Shown in pieces: positions 8,084 through 17,744 of a stretch of 64,000 nt of DNA. The first letter of the stretch is position 1, and each line of letters opens with the position of its first letter. Position numbers and translations under genes: made by a program. Under the pieces are notes generated by a model that was not told the DNA's origin, did no database searches, and saw only the letters and a list, made by a program, of their open reading frames with translations. The DNA is from Myxococcota bacterium (lineage in GTDB: Bacteria > Myxococcota_A > Polyangia > Polyangiales > Sandaracinaceae): positions 19,174 to 83,173 of the forward strand of contig JAYZQJ010000204.1 of the NCBI GenBank assembly GCA_036149055.1. The letters are read 5' to 3'.

Positions 8084-10336
8084 ATGGGCCGCGTCGTCCC
8101 TCTTCTCTTCACGCTCTCCCTGGGCTGTCAGGTCAGGACCCAGGCGGTCGTGCACGTCGACGCCGACCCGGTGGTCCGGGATCGCACCCGCTATCTCTGC
8201 GTCCGCACCTGGGCGGGACACGAGGAGGCGCGGACCGACTTTCGCGAGGAGTTCGCGGCCATCCCCGAGGCGATCGCCGGTCTCCCCACCTACGTCCCGG
8301 TCCACCCCGGACGCGGCGCGCCCGATCAGACCTTCACCTTCGAGGCGGCGGCGTGCGACGGGCCCGGCTGCGAGGGCTGCTTCGTCGACGCTCACTTCGG
8401 CGGCAGCTTCGACTCGGGGCGCGTGCGCAGCTACTTCCTGACTCTCGACGAGGCGTGCATCGGCGTGGGCTGCCCGCAGGGTCAGTCGTGCAACGAAGGG
8501 GTCTGCGTCGACTCGCGGCTCGACGAAGGAGAGACCGAGCTCCCGCTGCCCTCCGACGATCAGCCCGCCTTCTGCCGAGGCGCGCGCTGCCAGGAGCACC
8601 CGCGGCCGGGCACCCACCTCTACGCGATGTGCGCGAGCGACGAAGACGCGTTCGTGGGCACCTCGGGCGGCGTCTTCAGGCGCGAAGGTCGGGCCTGGCT
8701 CTTCGAGCCGCTCCCCGCCCGGGACGACGTCGAGAGCGTCGGCTGCCTGGGCGGCGGCCGGGCGGTCGCCGGAGACGCGCGGGGCCGGCTGTTCGAGCGT
8801 GACCCGGCCGGCGTGTGGACCGAGGTCATGGGCGTCGGCGCCGGGCGCGCGCGGGTCGTGGCCGGCGGGGCCGAGGCCTGGGCGACGGTGGGCGAGGCGC
8901 TGCTCCGGCGCGAAGGCGAGGGCGCCTGGGCCCCCGCGCCGGCGCCCCCCGGGTCGGGCGCCGCCTCGCTCGCGCTCTCGCCCGACGGCGCCGAGCTCTG
9001 GGCGTGGCGCGCGAGCCCGCCCGCGCTCTTCCAGTGGGACGGCGCGAGCTGGGCCGCAGCCGCCGCGCCTCCCGAGGCGGACGAGCTCGGCCGCGCCACC
9101 TACGCAGACACCTTCGTCGTCACCTCGGTCGAGCTCGACGGGATGGGGCGCGCGGTCGCCGAGCGCTTCCATCGCTGGGTCGGCGGGTCCTGGGAGACCG
9201 AGCTCTTCGGCTGCCCCGACCGGTTCGTGTCGATGTCCGGCGTAGCCACCGGGGAGGTCCTGGGCGGGGCCGGACGCGGGCGCCTCATCTACCGCAGCGC
9301 CGCGGGCGAGTGGTCGTGCCCGACCGCGCTCGAGGGCGCGTGGCTCGGCGGCGCGGCCCTGCGGCGCGGCGGCGACGAGCCGCTCGGCTGGGTGGCGACC
9401 ACCGAAGGCACGATCCAGGCGTGGGACGGAACCCGGATCGTGCCCGAGGGCGCGCTCCTCTTCCGCGGCGCCCTGACCGACGTCGCCGCGACCGGCCCGG
9501 GGCGCTTCCTCGCGGTCGGGGAGCGCTCCCGGACGCACGGCGGCGGCCCGATCCTGCTCGAGCGGGTGGGCGAGACCCAGTGGCGGCAGCGTGGCCTCAC
9601 CGGGGAGGGCGGCCTGGTCGCGCTCGCCGTCGACGGCGCCCGCGCGGTCGCTGTGGGGGAGCGCGGCTTCGTGCAGACGCGCGAGCTCGACGGACCGCTC
9701 CCCTGGGCGCGCACCGCGCTCGAGGCGCCGACGACGCGACTGACCCGGGTGGTGGCGCGGAGCGGCCTCTGGCTCGCGGCCGGCGACGACGAGCGCGGCG
9801 CCGACACCTTCGAGCCGCTGCTCCTCCAGCGCGCCGACGACGGGCGGTGGCTCCCGTTCCGCCCCGCGCCCCCGGCCGGCGTCTTCATCGGCGCGCTCGC
9901 GCTCGGTGAGGGCGACGAGGTCTGGATCGGGGGCGCCACCCGGCTCGGCGACGGCGAGTGCACCGGCTACGCGATCCACCGTCACCGCGGCGGCGCGTGG
10001 GAGCGCGTCGCCGAGGCGCCCTGCGAGGTCACCGATCTCCACGTCCGGAGCGACGGCGCGGTGTGGGTGGCGGCGCAGGGGCTGCAGCTCTTGCGAGAAG
10101 GTCGCCTCGAGCCCGGCGGGGTCCTCGACGGAGAGCCGGTCGAGCGCGTCTGGCTGGACGGCGACGCCGTGCGCGCCGCGCGCCTCTCGGGCGGCCGCTT
10201 CCGCGTCCTGCCGCCCGCCGGAGACCCGATTCCCTTCGCCTCGTCCGACGGCGTGCGGGCGTTCGCGCTCGACGAGGAGGGCGCGTTCGGGATCGCCCTC
10301 GGCGGCCTCCGCATCGAGCGGGTGAGGCTCGAGTGA
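8084..10336 (+). CDS. Lipoprotein with Cys-rich N-terminal module and beta-propeller-like repeats (paralogue 1)
   Basis: Lipobox LSLGC; CxGVxCxxGxxCxxGxC; repeated WDG/W-ending blades; collinear with 10333-12549. Confidence 0.75.
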   Translation: MGRVVPLLFTLSLGCQVRTQAVVHVDADPVVRDRTRYLCVRTWAGHEEARTDFREEFAAIPEAIAGLPTYVPVHPGRGAPDQTFTFEAAACDGPGCEGCFVDAHFGGSFDSGRVRSYFLTLDEACIGVGCPQGQSCNEGVCVDSRLDEGETELPLPSDDQPAFCRGARCQEHPRPGTHLYAMCASDEDAFVGTSGGVFRREGRAWLFEPLPARDDVESVGCLGGGRAVAGDARGRLFERDPAGVWTEVMGVGAGRARVVAGGAEAWATVGEALLRREGEGAWAPAPAPPGSGAASLALSPDGAELWAWRASPPALFQWDGASWAAAAAPPEADELGRATYADTFVVTSVELDGMGRAVAERFHRWVGGSWETELFGCPDRFVSMSGVATGEVLGGAGRGRLIYRSAAGEWSCPTALEGAWLGGAALRRGGDEPLGWVATTEGTIQAWDGTRIVPEGALLFRGALTDVAATGPGRFLAVGERSRTHGGGPILLERVGETQWRQRGLTGEGGLVALAVDGARAVAVGERGFVQTRELDGPLPWARTALEAPTTRLTRVVARSGLWLAAGDDERGADTFEPLLLQRADDGRWLPFRPAPPAGVFIGALALGEGDEVWIGGATRLGDGECTGYAIHRHRGGAWERVAEAPCEVTDLHVRSDGAVWVAAQGLQLLREGRLEPGGVLDGEPVERVWLDGDAVRAARLSGGRFRVLPPAGDPIPFASSDGVRAFALDEEGAFGIALGGLRIERVRLE

Positions 10337-12549
10337 CGCGCTGGCTCCCCCTGCTGCTCCTGCTCGCCGCCTGCAACCCACCCACGCAGGTGCTGGTCAC
10401 GGTGACCGCGGACGCCCAGGTGGAGTCGCGCACCCGCTACATCTGCGTGCGCACCTGGGTCGGGCTCGGCGAGGGGCGCCGATCGATCTCCGAGCCGGAG
10501 CTGGCGCCGGTGCCCGAGGCGGTCCCCGGCTTCCCCACGCTGATCCCGCTGTGGCCGGGCCCGAACGGCGCGCCCGACGAGACCTTCACCTTCGAGGTGT
10601 CCGCCTGCGACGGGCCGTGCGAGGCGTGCTTCGTGTCCGGCGGCTTCTCCGCGAAGTTCCTGCCCGGCGCGCGCCGCGAGCTCACCGTGCACCTCGGCGC
10701 CGAGTGCGTCGGCGTGAGCTGCGAGCTCGGCCGGACCTGCCGCGACGGCGTCTGCGTGGACGAGTTCGTCGACGACACCGCCACCGAGCTGCCGCTCCCC
10801 TCCGACGCGCAGCCCGCGCGCTGCGCCGGTCCACGATGCCAGGAGCACCCGCGCCCCGGCGCGTACGTCCTCTCGGTGTGCCTCTCGGGGGGCGAGGCCT
10901 TCGCCGGCGCGTCCGGCGGGGTGCTGCGCCGCGACGGAGGCGTCTGGCACTTCGAGCCGATCGAGGGCGCCGGAGACGTCAACAGCGTCGCCTGCCTCGG
11001 CGGCGGGCGCGTCGTCGCGGGCGCGCAGCGGGGCGTCCTGCTCGAGCGCGACCCGGAAGGCACCTGGACGAGCCTCTCCACCGGAGCCGCCGCGTCCGCC
11101 CGGGTCACCCACGGCGGCGCCGAGCTCTGGGCGACCGACGGCGTCGCGATCCACCGCCGCGACGGGCCCGGCGCCTGGTCGAGCGTCCCGGCGCCTCCCG
11201 GCGGCGTCTCCGGGAAGCTGGTGATCTCCCCCGCCGGCGATCAGGTCTGGTGGGTGCGCCACGATCCGGTCGACCTGCATCGCTGGGACGGCGCGACCTG
11301 GAGCCCGGTCGCCGGCCCGGTCGGGGCGGAGGGCGTGCTCGCGTCGACGTTCTCGGACGGGCTCGTCCTGATCTCCGGCGACGCGCCGGACCGTCGCCTG
11401 TACCGCTGGGACGGCGCGACCTGGAGCGAGGAGGACGTCGCGTGCGGCTTCGTCGGTCTGCCGGCGCTCGTCGGGCTGCCCACCGGTGAGCTCTTCGGGG
11501 GCGGCGGGCGCGGCTCCCTGGTCTACCGGAGCGCGGACGGCGACTGGCGCTGCTTCGGCCACCTCTCGGGCGCGGCCCACCGCGGCGCGGCGCTCGAGCG
11601 CGACGCCGAGGGGCTCCATGGGCTGCTCGTGACGATGGAGGGCACGATCTCGGCCTGGGACGGGGAGCGGCTGCGGCGAGAGGGCGCGCAGCAGTTCCAG
11701 GGGGACCTCGAGGACGTCGCGGCGCTGCCGGGGCGGGAGCGTTTCGTCGCGGTGGGCGACGAGCGCGGCGTCCCGCTGATCGTCGAGCGGCTGGGGGACG
11801 ACCGCTGGCGAGTGCGTCGCGTGGACGGGGCGGCCGGCCTGACCCGCGTCGCGGCCGACGCGCGCGAGGCCATCGCGGTCGGCGAGCGCGGCGTCCTGCA
11901 TCTGCGCGACTACACCGACGGCCTCGGCTGGCGTCGGGCCCCGATCGAGCCGGACGTGCGGCTGGATCGGATCGCGACCCGAGCCGGCCACTGGGCGGGG
12001 AGCGGCGGCGCGACGCGCGAGGGCGGCGGCTCCGACCCAGTGGTCCTCCGGCGCGACGGCGACACCTGGCGCCGGGTCTCCGCGCCGCCGATCGGCGACG
12101 CCTCGATCTCGGCGCTGACGATCGGGCCGGGCGGCGAGCTGTGGATCGGGACCACGCCGGCCGGCGACGACGCGTGCGCGGGCGGGGCGGTCCTCCGCGA
12201 GGCCGGCGGCGCCTGGGCGACCGTGATCGACGTGCCCTGCGCGGTCACCGACCTCCACGTCGACGACGACCGCGCCGCGTGGATCGTGGCCGGCGCGCTC
12301 TACCGCGTGGACGAGGGAGGCGCGGCCGAGACCCGAGCCCTCGAGGGCTTCGACCGGGAGCTGCGCCGCGTCTGGCGGGTCGACGGTGAGGTCCGCGCCG
12401 CGTGGGCGACGTCGGGGCAGTTCTGGATCCGCCGCGGCTCGGGGATCACGACGATGCCGGGCTACTTCGGGGCGCGCGCCTTCGCCGCCGACGGGCCGCT
12501 CGCCATCACCGCGGGCCGGCGGCGCATCGACCGCTTCTCCCTCGAGTGA
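10333..12549 (+). CDS. Lipoprotein with Cys-rich N-terminal module and beta-propeller-like repeats (paralogue 2)
   Basis: GTGA overlap; lipobox LLAAC; shares RTRYxCVRTW, TFTFE, TELPLPSD, CQEHPRPG with the upstream gene; RWDGATWS twice. Confidence 0.75.
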   Translation: MTRWLPLLLLLAACNPPTQVLVTVTADAQVESRTRYICVRTWVGLGEGRRSISEPELAPVPEAVPGFPTLIPLWPGPNGAPDETFTFEVSACDGPCEACFVSGGFSAKFLPGARRELTVHLGAECVGVSCELGRTCRDGVCVDEFVDDTATELPLPSDAQPARCAGPRCQEHPRPGAYVLSVCLSGGEAFAGASGGVLRRDGGVWHFEPIEGAGDVNSVACLGGGRVVAGAQRGVLLERDPEGTWTSLSTGAAASARVTHGGAELWATDGVAIHRRDGPGAWSSVPAPPGGVSGKLVISPAGDQVWWVRHDPVDLHRWDGATWSPVAGPVGAEGVLASTFSDGLVLISGDAPDRRLYRWDGATWSEEDVACGFVGLPALVGLPTGELFGGGGRGSLVYRSADGDWRCFGHLSGAAHRGAALERDAEGLHGLLVTMEGTISAWDGERLRREGAQQFQGDLEDVAALPGRERFVAVGDERGVPLIVERLGDDRWRVRRVDGAAGLTRVAADAREAIAVGERGVLHLRDYTDGLGWRRAPIEPDVRLDRIATRAGHWAGSGGATREGGGSDPVVLRRDGDTWRRVSAPPIGDASISALTIGPGGELWIGTTPAGDDACAGGAVLREAGGAWATVIDVPCAVTDLHVDDDRAAWIVAGALYRVDEGGAAETRALEGFDRELRRVWRVDGEVRAAWATSGQFWIRRGSGITTMPGYFGARAFAADGPLAITAGRRRIDRFSLE

Positions 12550-12559
12550 GGCGCCGCGC

Positions 12560-13429
12560 TCAGGTCCACGCCGCCGGCTCGGGCACCCGCTGGAGCGCCT
12601 CGAGCAGCGCCCGCGCGTCCTCGAAGCGGTCGGCCGCCTTCTTGGCCAGCGCCTTGTCGAGCGCGGCCTGCAGCGCCGGCTGCACCGCGAGCCCCGGGCG
12701 CGCCTCCGCGAGCGGCGGCACCGGGGACAGCACGTGCGCCCGGATCATGCTCGCCCTCGACTCGTGCACGAACGGCGGGTGCCCGGCGAGCAGCTCGTAG
12801 AGCAGCACCCCCGCCGCGTACACGTCCGAGCGCGCGTCCACCCGGCTGCCGAGCCCCTGCTCCGGCGGCATGTACGCCGGCGTGCCGAGCACCGTGCCCT
12901 CGTTGGTCAGGGTCGCGTGCGCGCCCCAGCGCTCCGAGTCCGTGAACCTCGCGAGCCCGAAGTCGAGCAGCTTGGGGTGCAGCTTGGCGCACTGGAGCAC
13001 CGCGACGAACACGTTGGCCGGCTTGACGTCGCGGTGCAATACGCCGTGCGTGTGTGCGTGTGAGAGCCCGGCGACCACGCCCATCCCGATCTCGAACGCG
13101 ACCGGCAGGGGCAGCGGCTTCTTCTCCAGCATCTGGTCCAGCGCGAGCCCGGTGAGCAGCTCCATCACCGTGTACGGCGTCTTCTCGTGGACCCCGAAGT
13201 CGAGGATGCGGATCAGGTGCGGGTGGCTTAGCCCGTTGAGCGCGCGTGCCTCGCGCTCGAAGCGCTCGCGCATCTCGGCCCGCTGGCCCAGCGCCGGGTC
13301 GAGCAGCTTCACCGCCACCGCCCGGCCGGCGTCGTCGGTCGCCCGGTACACCGTCCCCGCGCCGCCGCCTCCCAGCCGCGAGACGAGGGTGTAGCGGCCA
13401 TCGATCACCGTGCCCGAGGCGTCCTTCAC
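12560..13429 (-). CDS. Hanks-type Ser/Thr protein kinase (stand-alone catalytic domain)
   Basis: GGGGAGTVY, VAVK, HRDVKPAN, DFG, GTPAYMPPEQ, DVYAAG. Confidence 0.95.
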   Translation of the reverse strand: MKDASGTVIDGRYTLVSRLGGGGAGTVYRATDDAGRAVAVKLLDPALGQRAEMRERFEREARALNGLSHPHLIRILDFGVHEKTPYTVMELLTGLALDQMLEKKPLPLPVAFEIGMGVVAGLSHAHTHGVLHRDVKPANVFVAVLQCAKLHPKLLDFGLARFTDSERWGAHATLTNEGTVLGTPAYMPPEQGLGSRVDARSDVYAAGVLLYELLAGHPPFVHESRASMIRAHVLSPVPPLAEARPGLAVQPALQAALDKALAKKAADRFEDARALLEALQRVPEPAAWT

Positions 13430-13487
13430 GGCCGCAAAGATAGCAGGCGACGTGGATCGATCGCGGTGACGACCTCATGTTGAAGTC

Positions 13488-14396
13488 ATGAGCAGCAGCG
13501 TCGCCCCGCCACCCCTGATCCACGTGGGCGGGAGCACGCTCGTCCCCCTCCGCCGCCCGCGTCACGCCGAGGTCACCCGCCACGAGCAGCGCGACGTCAC
13601 CGTGCACGGCCTGCGCTTGCGCTACATCGACGTCGCGCCCAGCGGCCACGAGGACGACGAGCCCATCCTCCTGATCCACGGCCACTCCTCTCGGCTCGAG
13701 GAGTACGAGGACCTCATCCCGCACCTCGGCGCCCGCCGGCGCGTGCTGGTCCCCGACCTCCCGGGCAGCGGCTACTCCGACAAACCCGACCGCGACTACG
13801 ACCTCGCGCTCTTCGAGGACACTCTCCTCGGCTTCCTCGACGCGGTCGGGGTGAAGCGCGCCCACCTCGGCGGCGGCAGCCTGGGCGGCAACCTCGTCCT
13901 GCGCCTCGGCCACCGCGAGCCGGAGCGCTTCGACCGCCTCGCCGCCTGGGCCCCGGCCGGCAGCTGGGATCCGATGCATCACTGGGCGCTGTTCGGCCGG
14001 GTGATGAAGCGCCTCCGCTTCATGTTCTGGCCCTGCCTCTGGGTGCAGTCCCGCTTCTGGTTCCGCCGCGACTGGGAGGGCCGCGACGCCGCGCTCGAGG
14101 CGGCCTGGACCTACTACCGCGAGGTCTACGGCGCGGGCTTCCACCGCATGTACTGGGACATCGGCGTCGACCAGGCGCGCCAGAGCCTCTTCGACCGCGC
14201 CCACGAGATCCCGCACGAGACCTGGCTCGCCTACGGCGATCAGGACAAAGCGCTGAACATGGACCGCGGCGTCCAGCGCCTCGCCACCCTGCTCCCCAAC
14301 GTGAAGCTCCGCGTCTTCGAAGGCGCCCGCCACTCGCTCGCCAACGAGGTCCCCGAGGAGCTCGGCCGCGAGGTCGACGAGTTCCTCGCCCGCTGA
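13488..14396 (+). CDS. Alpha/beta fold hydrolase
   Basis: LLIHG, DLPGSGYSD, nucleophile GGSLGG, YGDQD, C-terminal ARH. Confidence 0.92.
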   Translation: MSSSVAPPPLIHVGGSTLVPLRRPRHAEVTRHEQRDVTVHGLRLRYIDVAPSGHEDDEPILLIHGHSSRLEEYEDLIPHLGARRRVLVPDLPGSGYSDKPDRDYDLALFEDTLLGFLDAVGVKRAHLGGGSLGGNLVLRLGHREPERFDRLAAWAPAGSWDPMHHWALFGRVMKRLRFMFWPCLWVQSRFWFRRDWEGRDAALEAAWTYYREVYGAGFHRMYWDIGVDQARQSLFDRAHEIPHETWLAYGDQDKALNMDRGVQRLATLLPNVKLRVFEGARHSLANEVPEELGREVDEFLAR

Positions 14397-14409
14397 CCCG
14401 CTCGCGCTC

Positions 14410-14946
14410 TCAAAGCCGCGAGACGCGGCGGGCCGGCAAGGGATGGGGCAGCGAGAGATCCTCGGGGGCCCCCTCGAGCGACCGGCCCGAGCGGGCGCAG
14501 GCGTAGCCGACGAGCTGATCGGGGGTGAGCGCGACGTGCAGCCGCGCGTCGTCCTGGAACCACGCGTCCGGCCAGAAGATGAGATCGCTGACCTCGGCTC
14601 CCGGGAAGTTGGCCTCCAGCGTCTGCATCACCGCGCTCGTGACCGCCGGATCGAGCTCCGCGCGCGCGACCGCCCCCATCGCCGCGCTCGCCTCCTCGAA
14701 CCGCAGGTCCTCGAGGCGCCCCACCGGCTGGAGCAGCGCTTCCCGCACGAACGTCCGCACATCCATCGAGCCGTCGTAGGTCGCGAGCTCGACAGCCTCG
14801 TAGGCGCGGTGCGCGCCCGCGTTCCACTCCTCCATCAGCCCCGCCACGTCCCCTCCGGTCGAGACCGTCGCCTCGATCTCGCGCGCGAGCGCGACGAACC
14901 GCTCGACCGTGTCTCCCTCGATCGCCGACGGAAGGAGTCTCTCCAT
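14410..14946 (-). CDS. Bacteriocin (colicin/pyocin Im-type) immunity-like protein
   Basis: C-terminal LEANFPGAEVSDLIFWPD resembles the HPxxSDLIYYP motif of DNase-colicin immunity proteins; ATG 14946. Confidence 0.55.
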   Translation of the reverse strand: MERLLPSAIEGDTVERFVALAREIEATVSTGGDVAGLMEEWNAGAHRAYEAVELATYDGSMDVRTFVREALLQPVGRLEDLRFEEASAAMGAVARAELDPAVTSAVMQTLEANFPGAEVSDLIFWPDAWFQDDARLHVALTPDQLVGYACARSGRSLEGAPEDLSLPHPLPARRVSRL

Positions 14947-15087
14947 CACCGCATCATAGCGCCTGGGCTGGCTCCCCCTCGACCGCACATCGCAAGACGC
15001 GCTCCGCGCGCCAGCTCGACGCCCGGCGTGGACCTCGTGACGCCCCGCTGGCCGGCTACCGTCACATCTGGCAGAACGCGATCAGAG

Positions 15088-15306
15088 ATGAGCCGCTCGT
15101 TCCCGATCGATGTCTGGGGCCGCGTCACGGCGGACGCCCGTCCTACCCACGTCATGGTGACGCGCGCCGGGTCGAGCGGGTACCTGCTGCTCCAGCGAGA
15201 GGACGGCGGGACGTTCGACATATGGTTGGAGACCGAGGAAGAGGTCGCGGAGGCGCTCGCCGAGCTCGCGCCGCGCTGGGAGTCCAGAGATGTCGGCAAG
15301 GCGTGA
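15088..15306 (+). CDS. Small hypothetical protein (72 aa)
   Basis: ATG 15088; globular-looking sequence (GYLLLQREDGGTFDIWLETEEEV); overlaps the next ORF by 17 nt. Confidence 0.5.
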   Translation: MSRSFPIDVWGRVTADARPTHVMVTRAGSSGYLLLQREDGGTFDIWLETEEEVAEALAELAPRWESRDVGKA

Positions 15307-15535
15307 GGTAGAGGAGTTCGTCGGTCGGGCGCTGCGTCAGTTTGGCTGCACGCTGGACGGCGTCGCGCGGGATGCGCCAATCGGTCGAGTGTTCGGGGAG
15401 GACGCGCTGGACCTCGTGCTCTACCTGGAGGAGTTCTACGATCTCGACCTCGCCGACAACCTCTCGCTAGATCAGTGCATCGCCGAGATCGCGCGTCAGG
15501 TCGACGCGCGCGGGTACGGGGTCGTCTACGACTGA
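15290..15535 (+). CDS. Small acidic acyl-carrier-protein-like protein lacking the Ppant serine
   Basis: GGAG upstream of ATG; FGEDALDLVLYLEEFYDLDLAD resembles ACP LGxDSLDxVELxxxLEExFxI, with A at the S position. Confidence 0.45.
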   Translation: MSARREVEEFVGRALRQFGCTLDGVARDAPIGRVFGEDALDLVLYLEEFYDLDLADNLSLDQCIAEIARQVDARGYGVVYD

Positions 15536-15579
15536 GGGGTCTCCGCGGATGCACCGTCGGCGGGTGGACGGCGCGAGGG

Positions 15580-16878
15580 TCAGTCCTCGGCGCAGGCCTC
15601 GCGGATCTGTGCGTAGACGGCGGGGTGGTTCTGGAGCTGGTGGTGCATCACGCCGCCGTAGCGCCGGGTGTCGATCACGAAGTGCGACTCCCGCTTCAGA
15701 GGGCCGCTGGCGCTCGGGATGCGCACCAGCAGATCCCCGATGAGCTGCCCGACCGCGTGGTCCGGGTTCTCGGTGATCGTGGCCGAGACGAAGTAGTGGC
15801 TCGCGTGCGGCAGTAGCGGCGCGTCCGAGGCGACCTCGGGGGGCGGGCCGAGCCAGTCCTCGTCGATCACGGAGCCGAGGCGGAGGTCCTTGATGCCGTC
15901 GCTCCGGTTCGCGAGGATGCGCGCGACCACCTTGGTCCCGGGGAGATCGACCGCGTCGAGCACGTCGGTCAGCGCGTGACCCAGCTTCGCGAGCGGCGCG
16001 CCCTGGTGGGGGCTGCCCAGATAGAACACGCGGCGCACCCGCGCGGGCCACGCGAAGCCGGCCTCCACCCCGTAGTGGCACGCGCTCCGCGTCACGAGGC
16101 CGCCCATGCTGTGGCCGAGGATCGTCAGGTCGTCGATCGGCACCGGGTACGCGTCGACCAGCTGCTCGAGCAGCTCGGCGAGGCGGCGGCCGTTCTGCGA
16201 GACGCGGCGGCCGGTGTTGTAGCGGAGGAACACCGGCGTGTAGCCGAGGTCACGCGCCATCAGCACGCCGAAGCAGGTCGACGGATCGCCGTGGTAGGCC
16301 TCCGCCTCGAGGCACCACGACCACTCGGTCGTCCCGAGGCCGTGCACGAAGAGGGCGACCTTCGGCGAGGGCGCGTCCAGCTGGGCGGCGAGCGTCTCCC
16401 GGTCGAGCGCGACGTAGCGGTCGCCGATCCGGAAGGCCATGTCGAGGTCGAGCCCGTTCCGCCGGGCGCCGAGGTGATCACCGACCGCCGCGTTGACCAG
16501 CCCGAGCGCCGCGTCCGCGACCCAGGCTCCGCTCGACGTCGTGTCGGAGCGCATCGGCAGCGCCTCGATCACCCGGTCCTCGGCGGTCCCCTCCACCGCG
16601 TCGAGCGCGACGTCGGTCACCGCCTCGACCGTGCGGTTCACGAGCTTGACCGTGCCCAGCACGCCGCGCGTCCCGAGCCGCCGCACCTCGTCGATCACCC
16701 GCGCCGGTCGCCGGAGCGGCGGCACCTGATCGGTCACCGCGGTCACGTTCCGCGCGGTCGACTCGTGCCCGAGCTCCACGAGGTCGGTCGTCGCGTCCAC
16801 CGCGTCGTGCACCAGCGACTTCAGCCCCCGCCACCGCCGGAGCCCCTCTTTGCCCAGCTTGCCCACGCCGGAGAGCAT
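15580..16878 (-). CDS. PGAP1-like/lipase family alpha/beta hydrolase
   Basis: LFVHGL, LRYNTG, GHSMGG, LGSPHQGAPL, GDLLV, HHQLQNHP; start uncertain (16878-16944). Confidence 0.85.
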   Translation of the reverse strand: MLSGVGKLGKEGLRRWRGLKSLVHDAVDATTDLVELGHESTARNVTAVTDQVPPLRRPARVIDEVRRLGTRGVLGTVKLVNRTVEAVTDVALDAVEGTAEDRVIEALPMRSDTTSSGAWVADAALGLVNAAVGDHLGARRNGLDLDMAFRIGDRYVALDRETLAAQLDAPSPKVALFVHGLGTTEWSWCLEAEAYHGDPSTCFGVLMARDLGYTPVFLRYNTGRRVSQNGRRLAELLEQLVDAYPVPIDDLTILGHSMGGLVTRSACHYGVEAGFAWPARVRRVFYLGSPHQGAPLAKLGHALTDVLDAVDLPGTKVVARILANRSDGIKDLRLGSVIDEDWLGPPPEVASDAPLLPHASHYFVSATITENPDHAVGQLIGDLLVRIPSASGPLKRESHFVIDTRRYGGVMHHQLQNHPAVYAQIREACAED

Positions 16879-17033
16879 AGAGCGCCTCGGGCCGGAGCCC
16901 CAGTCACCCATCGGCGTCCGGGGCATCACGAGCCGAGCTCCCAACCCGAGCTGGTACTGTGGAGCCCCGGCAGCGCGTGCGACGGTCGGGTCGACCCGGG
17001 CGAATGCGGCGTCCTCGAGACACCGGAGAGGTC

Positions 17034-17498
17034 ATGTTCGAGAAGGATGAGCTCGAGGGTTGGCTCGCGGGCTACGAGGCGAGGGAGATGGATGCGTGGC
17101 TCGCCCAGCATCCCGGCGTCATCATGCCCGCCGAGCTTCGTCGTATGTGGCGAACCGCAAGGTACGGCAGGGTAGGGAGCAAGACCGAGACCGCCGTCCT
17201 CGAGATGCGGCTTGGCGGAAGGACGTCCGAGCTGGAGATACTCCCCCTCTTTCGTCTCGAAGGACGGCTCGGGCTCCATGCTACGAGCGTCGACGCGGTC
17301 TACGAGACGACGAAGCCAGGCGTTGGAGCTGACTATCGACCCTTCATGCTGGACGGTCTGGGCAACGTGCTGCTCTGGGACGCGAGCGTCGTCGACGGGG
17401 AAGTCATCTTCCTGGATAGAACGCATTGGAGAGCGTTCTCGGTCTGCGGCCACGTGGGTGAGCTTCGCAGCCTGCTGAAGCTGGCTCCGCGTTACTGA
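17034..17498 (+). CDS. SMI1/KNR4 (SUKH) family immunity-like protein
   Basis: SD GGAGAG; GVIMPAELRRMW, PFMLDGLGNVLLWD, GEVIFLD, VCGHVGEL match SUKH motifs; codon usage less GC3-biased than neighbours. Confidence 0.65.
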   Translation: MFEKDELEGWLAGYEAREMDAWLAQHPGVIMPAELRRMWRTARYGRVGSKTETAVLEMRLGGRTSELEILPLFRLEGRLGLHATSVDAVYETTKPGVGADYRPFMLDGLGNVLLWDASVVDGEVIFLDRTHWRAFSVCGHVGELRSLLKLAPRY

Positions 17499-17510
17499 AA
17501 CACCCCGAGC

Positions 17511-17744
17511 TCAGGCGAACACGTCGGCCAGGTTGCCCGCGGTCAGGACGCGCTCGGCCCAGAGGTCCAGGTCGGCCTCGGTGGCGCCGCGGACGCGCGT
17601 CACGGTGTCGGCGTCGAGCTCGCCGAACTTGAGCCGGAGCTGCTTGAGCACCAGCTCCGCCCCGCGCTCCGCGCGCCCCTCCGCGCGCCCTTCGAGTCGC
17701 CCCTCTTCGCGCTTCTTTCGCGCCAGCATCTCTTCGAGCTCCAT
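17511..17744 (-). CDS. Putative intragenic small antitoxin (Rpn-S-like, 77 aa), in frame within the Rpn gene
   Basis: Minus-strand GGAG-AAGGTG-ATG: SD 6 nt upstream of in-frame ATG 17744 (MELEEMLARKK...), at the nuclease/C-terminal domain boundary. Confidence 0.55.
   Translation of the reverse strand: MELEEMLARKKREEGRLEGRAEGRAERGAELVLKQLRLKFGELDADTVTRVRGATEADLDLWAERVLTAGNLADVFA

Noticed and set aside
16945..17511. 8-bp direct repeat CCCGAGCT flanking the SUKH-like gene (possible target-site duplication)
   Set aside because: Short GC-rich word that is likely by chance; no terminal inverted repeats.
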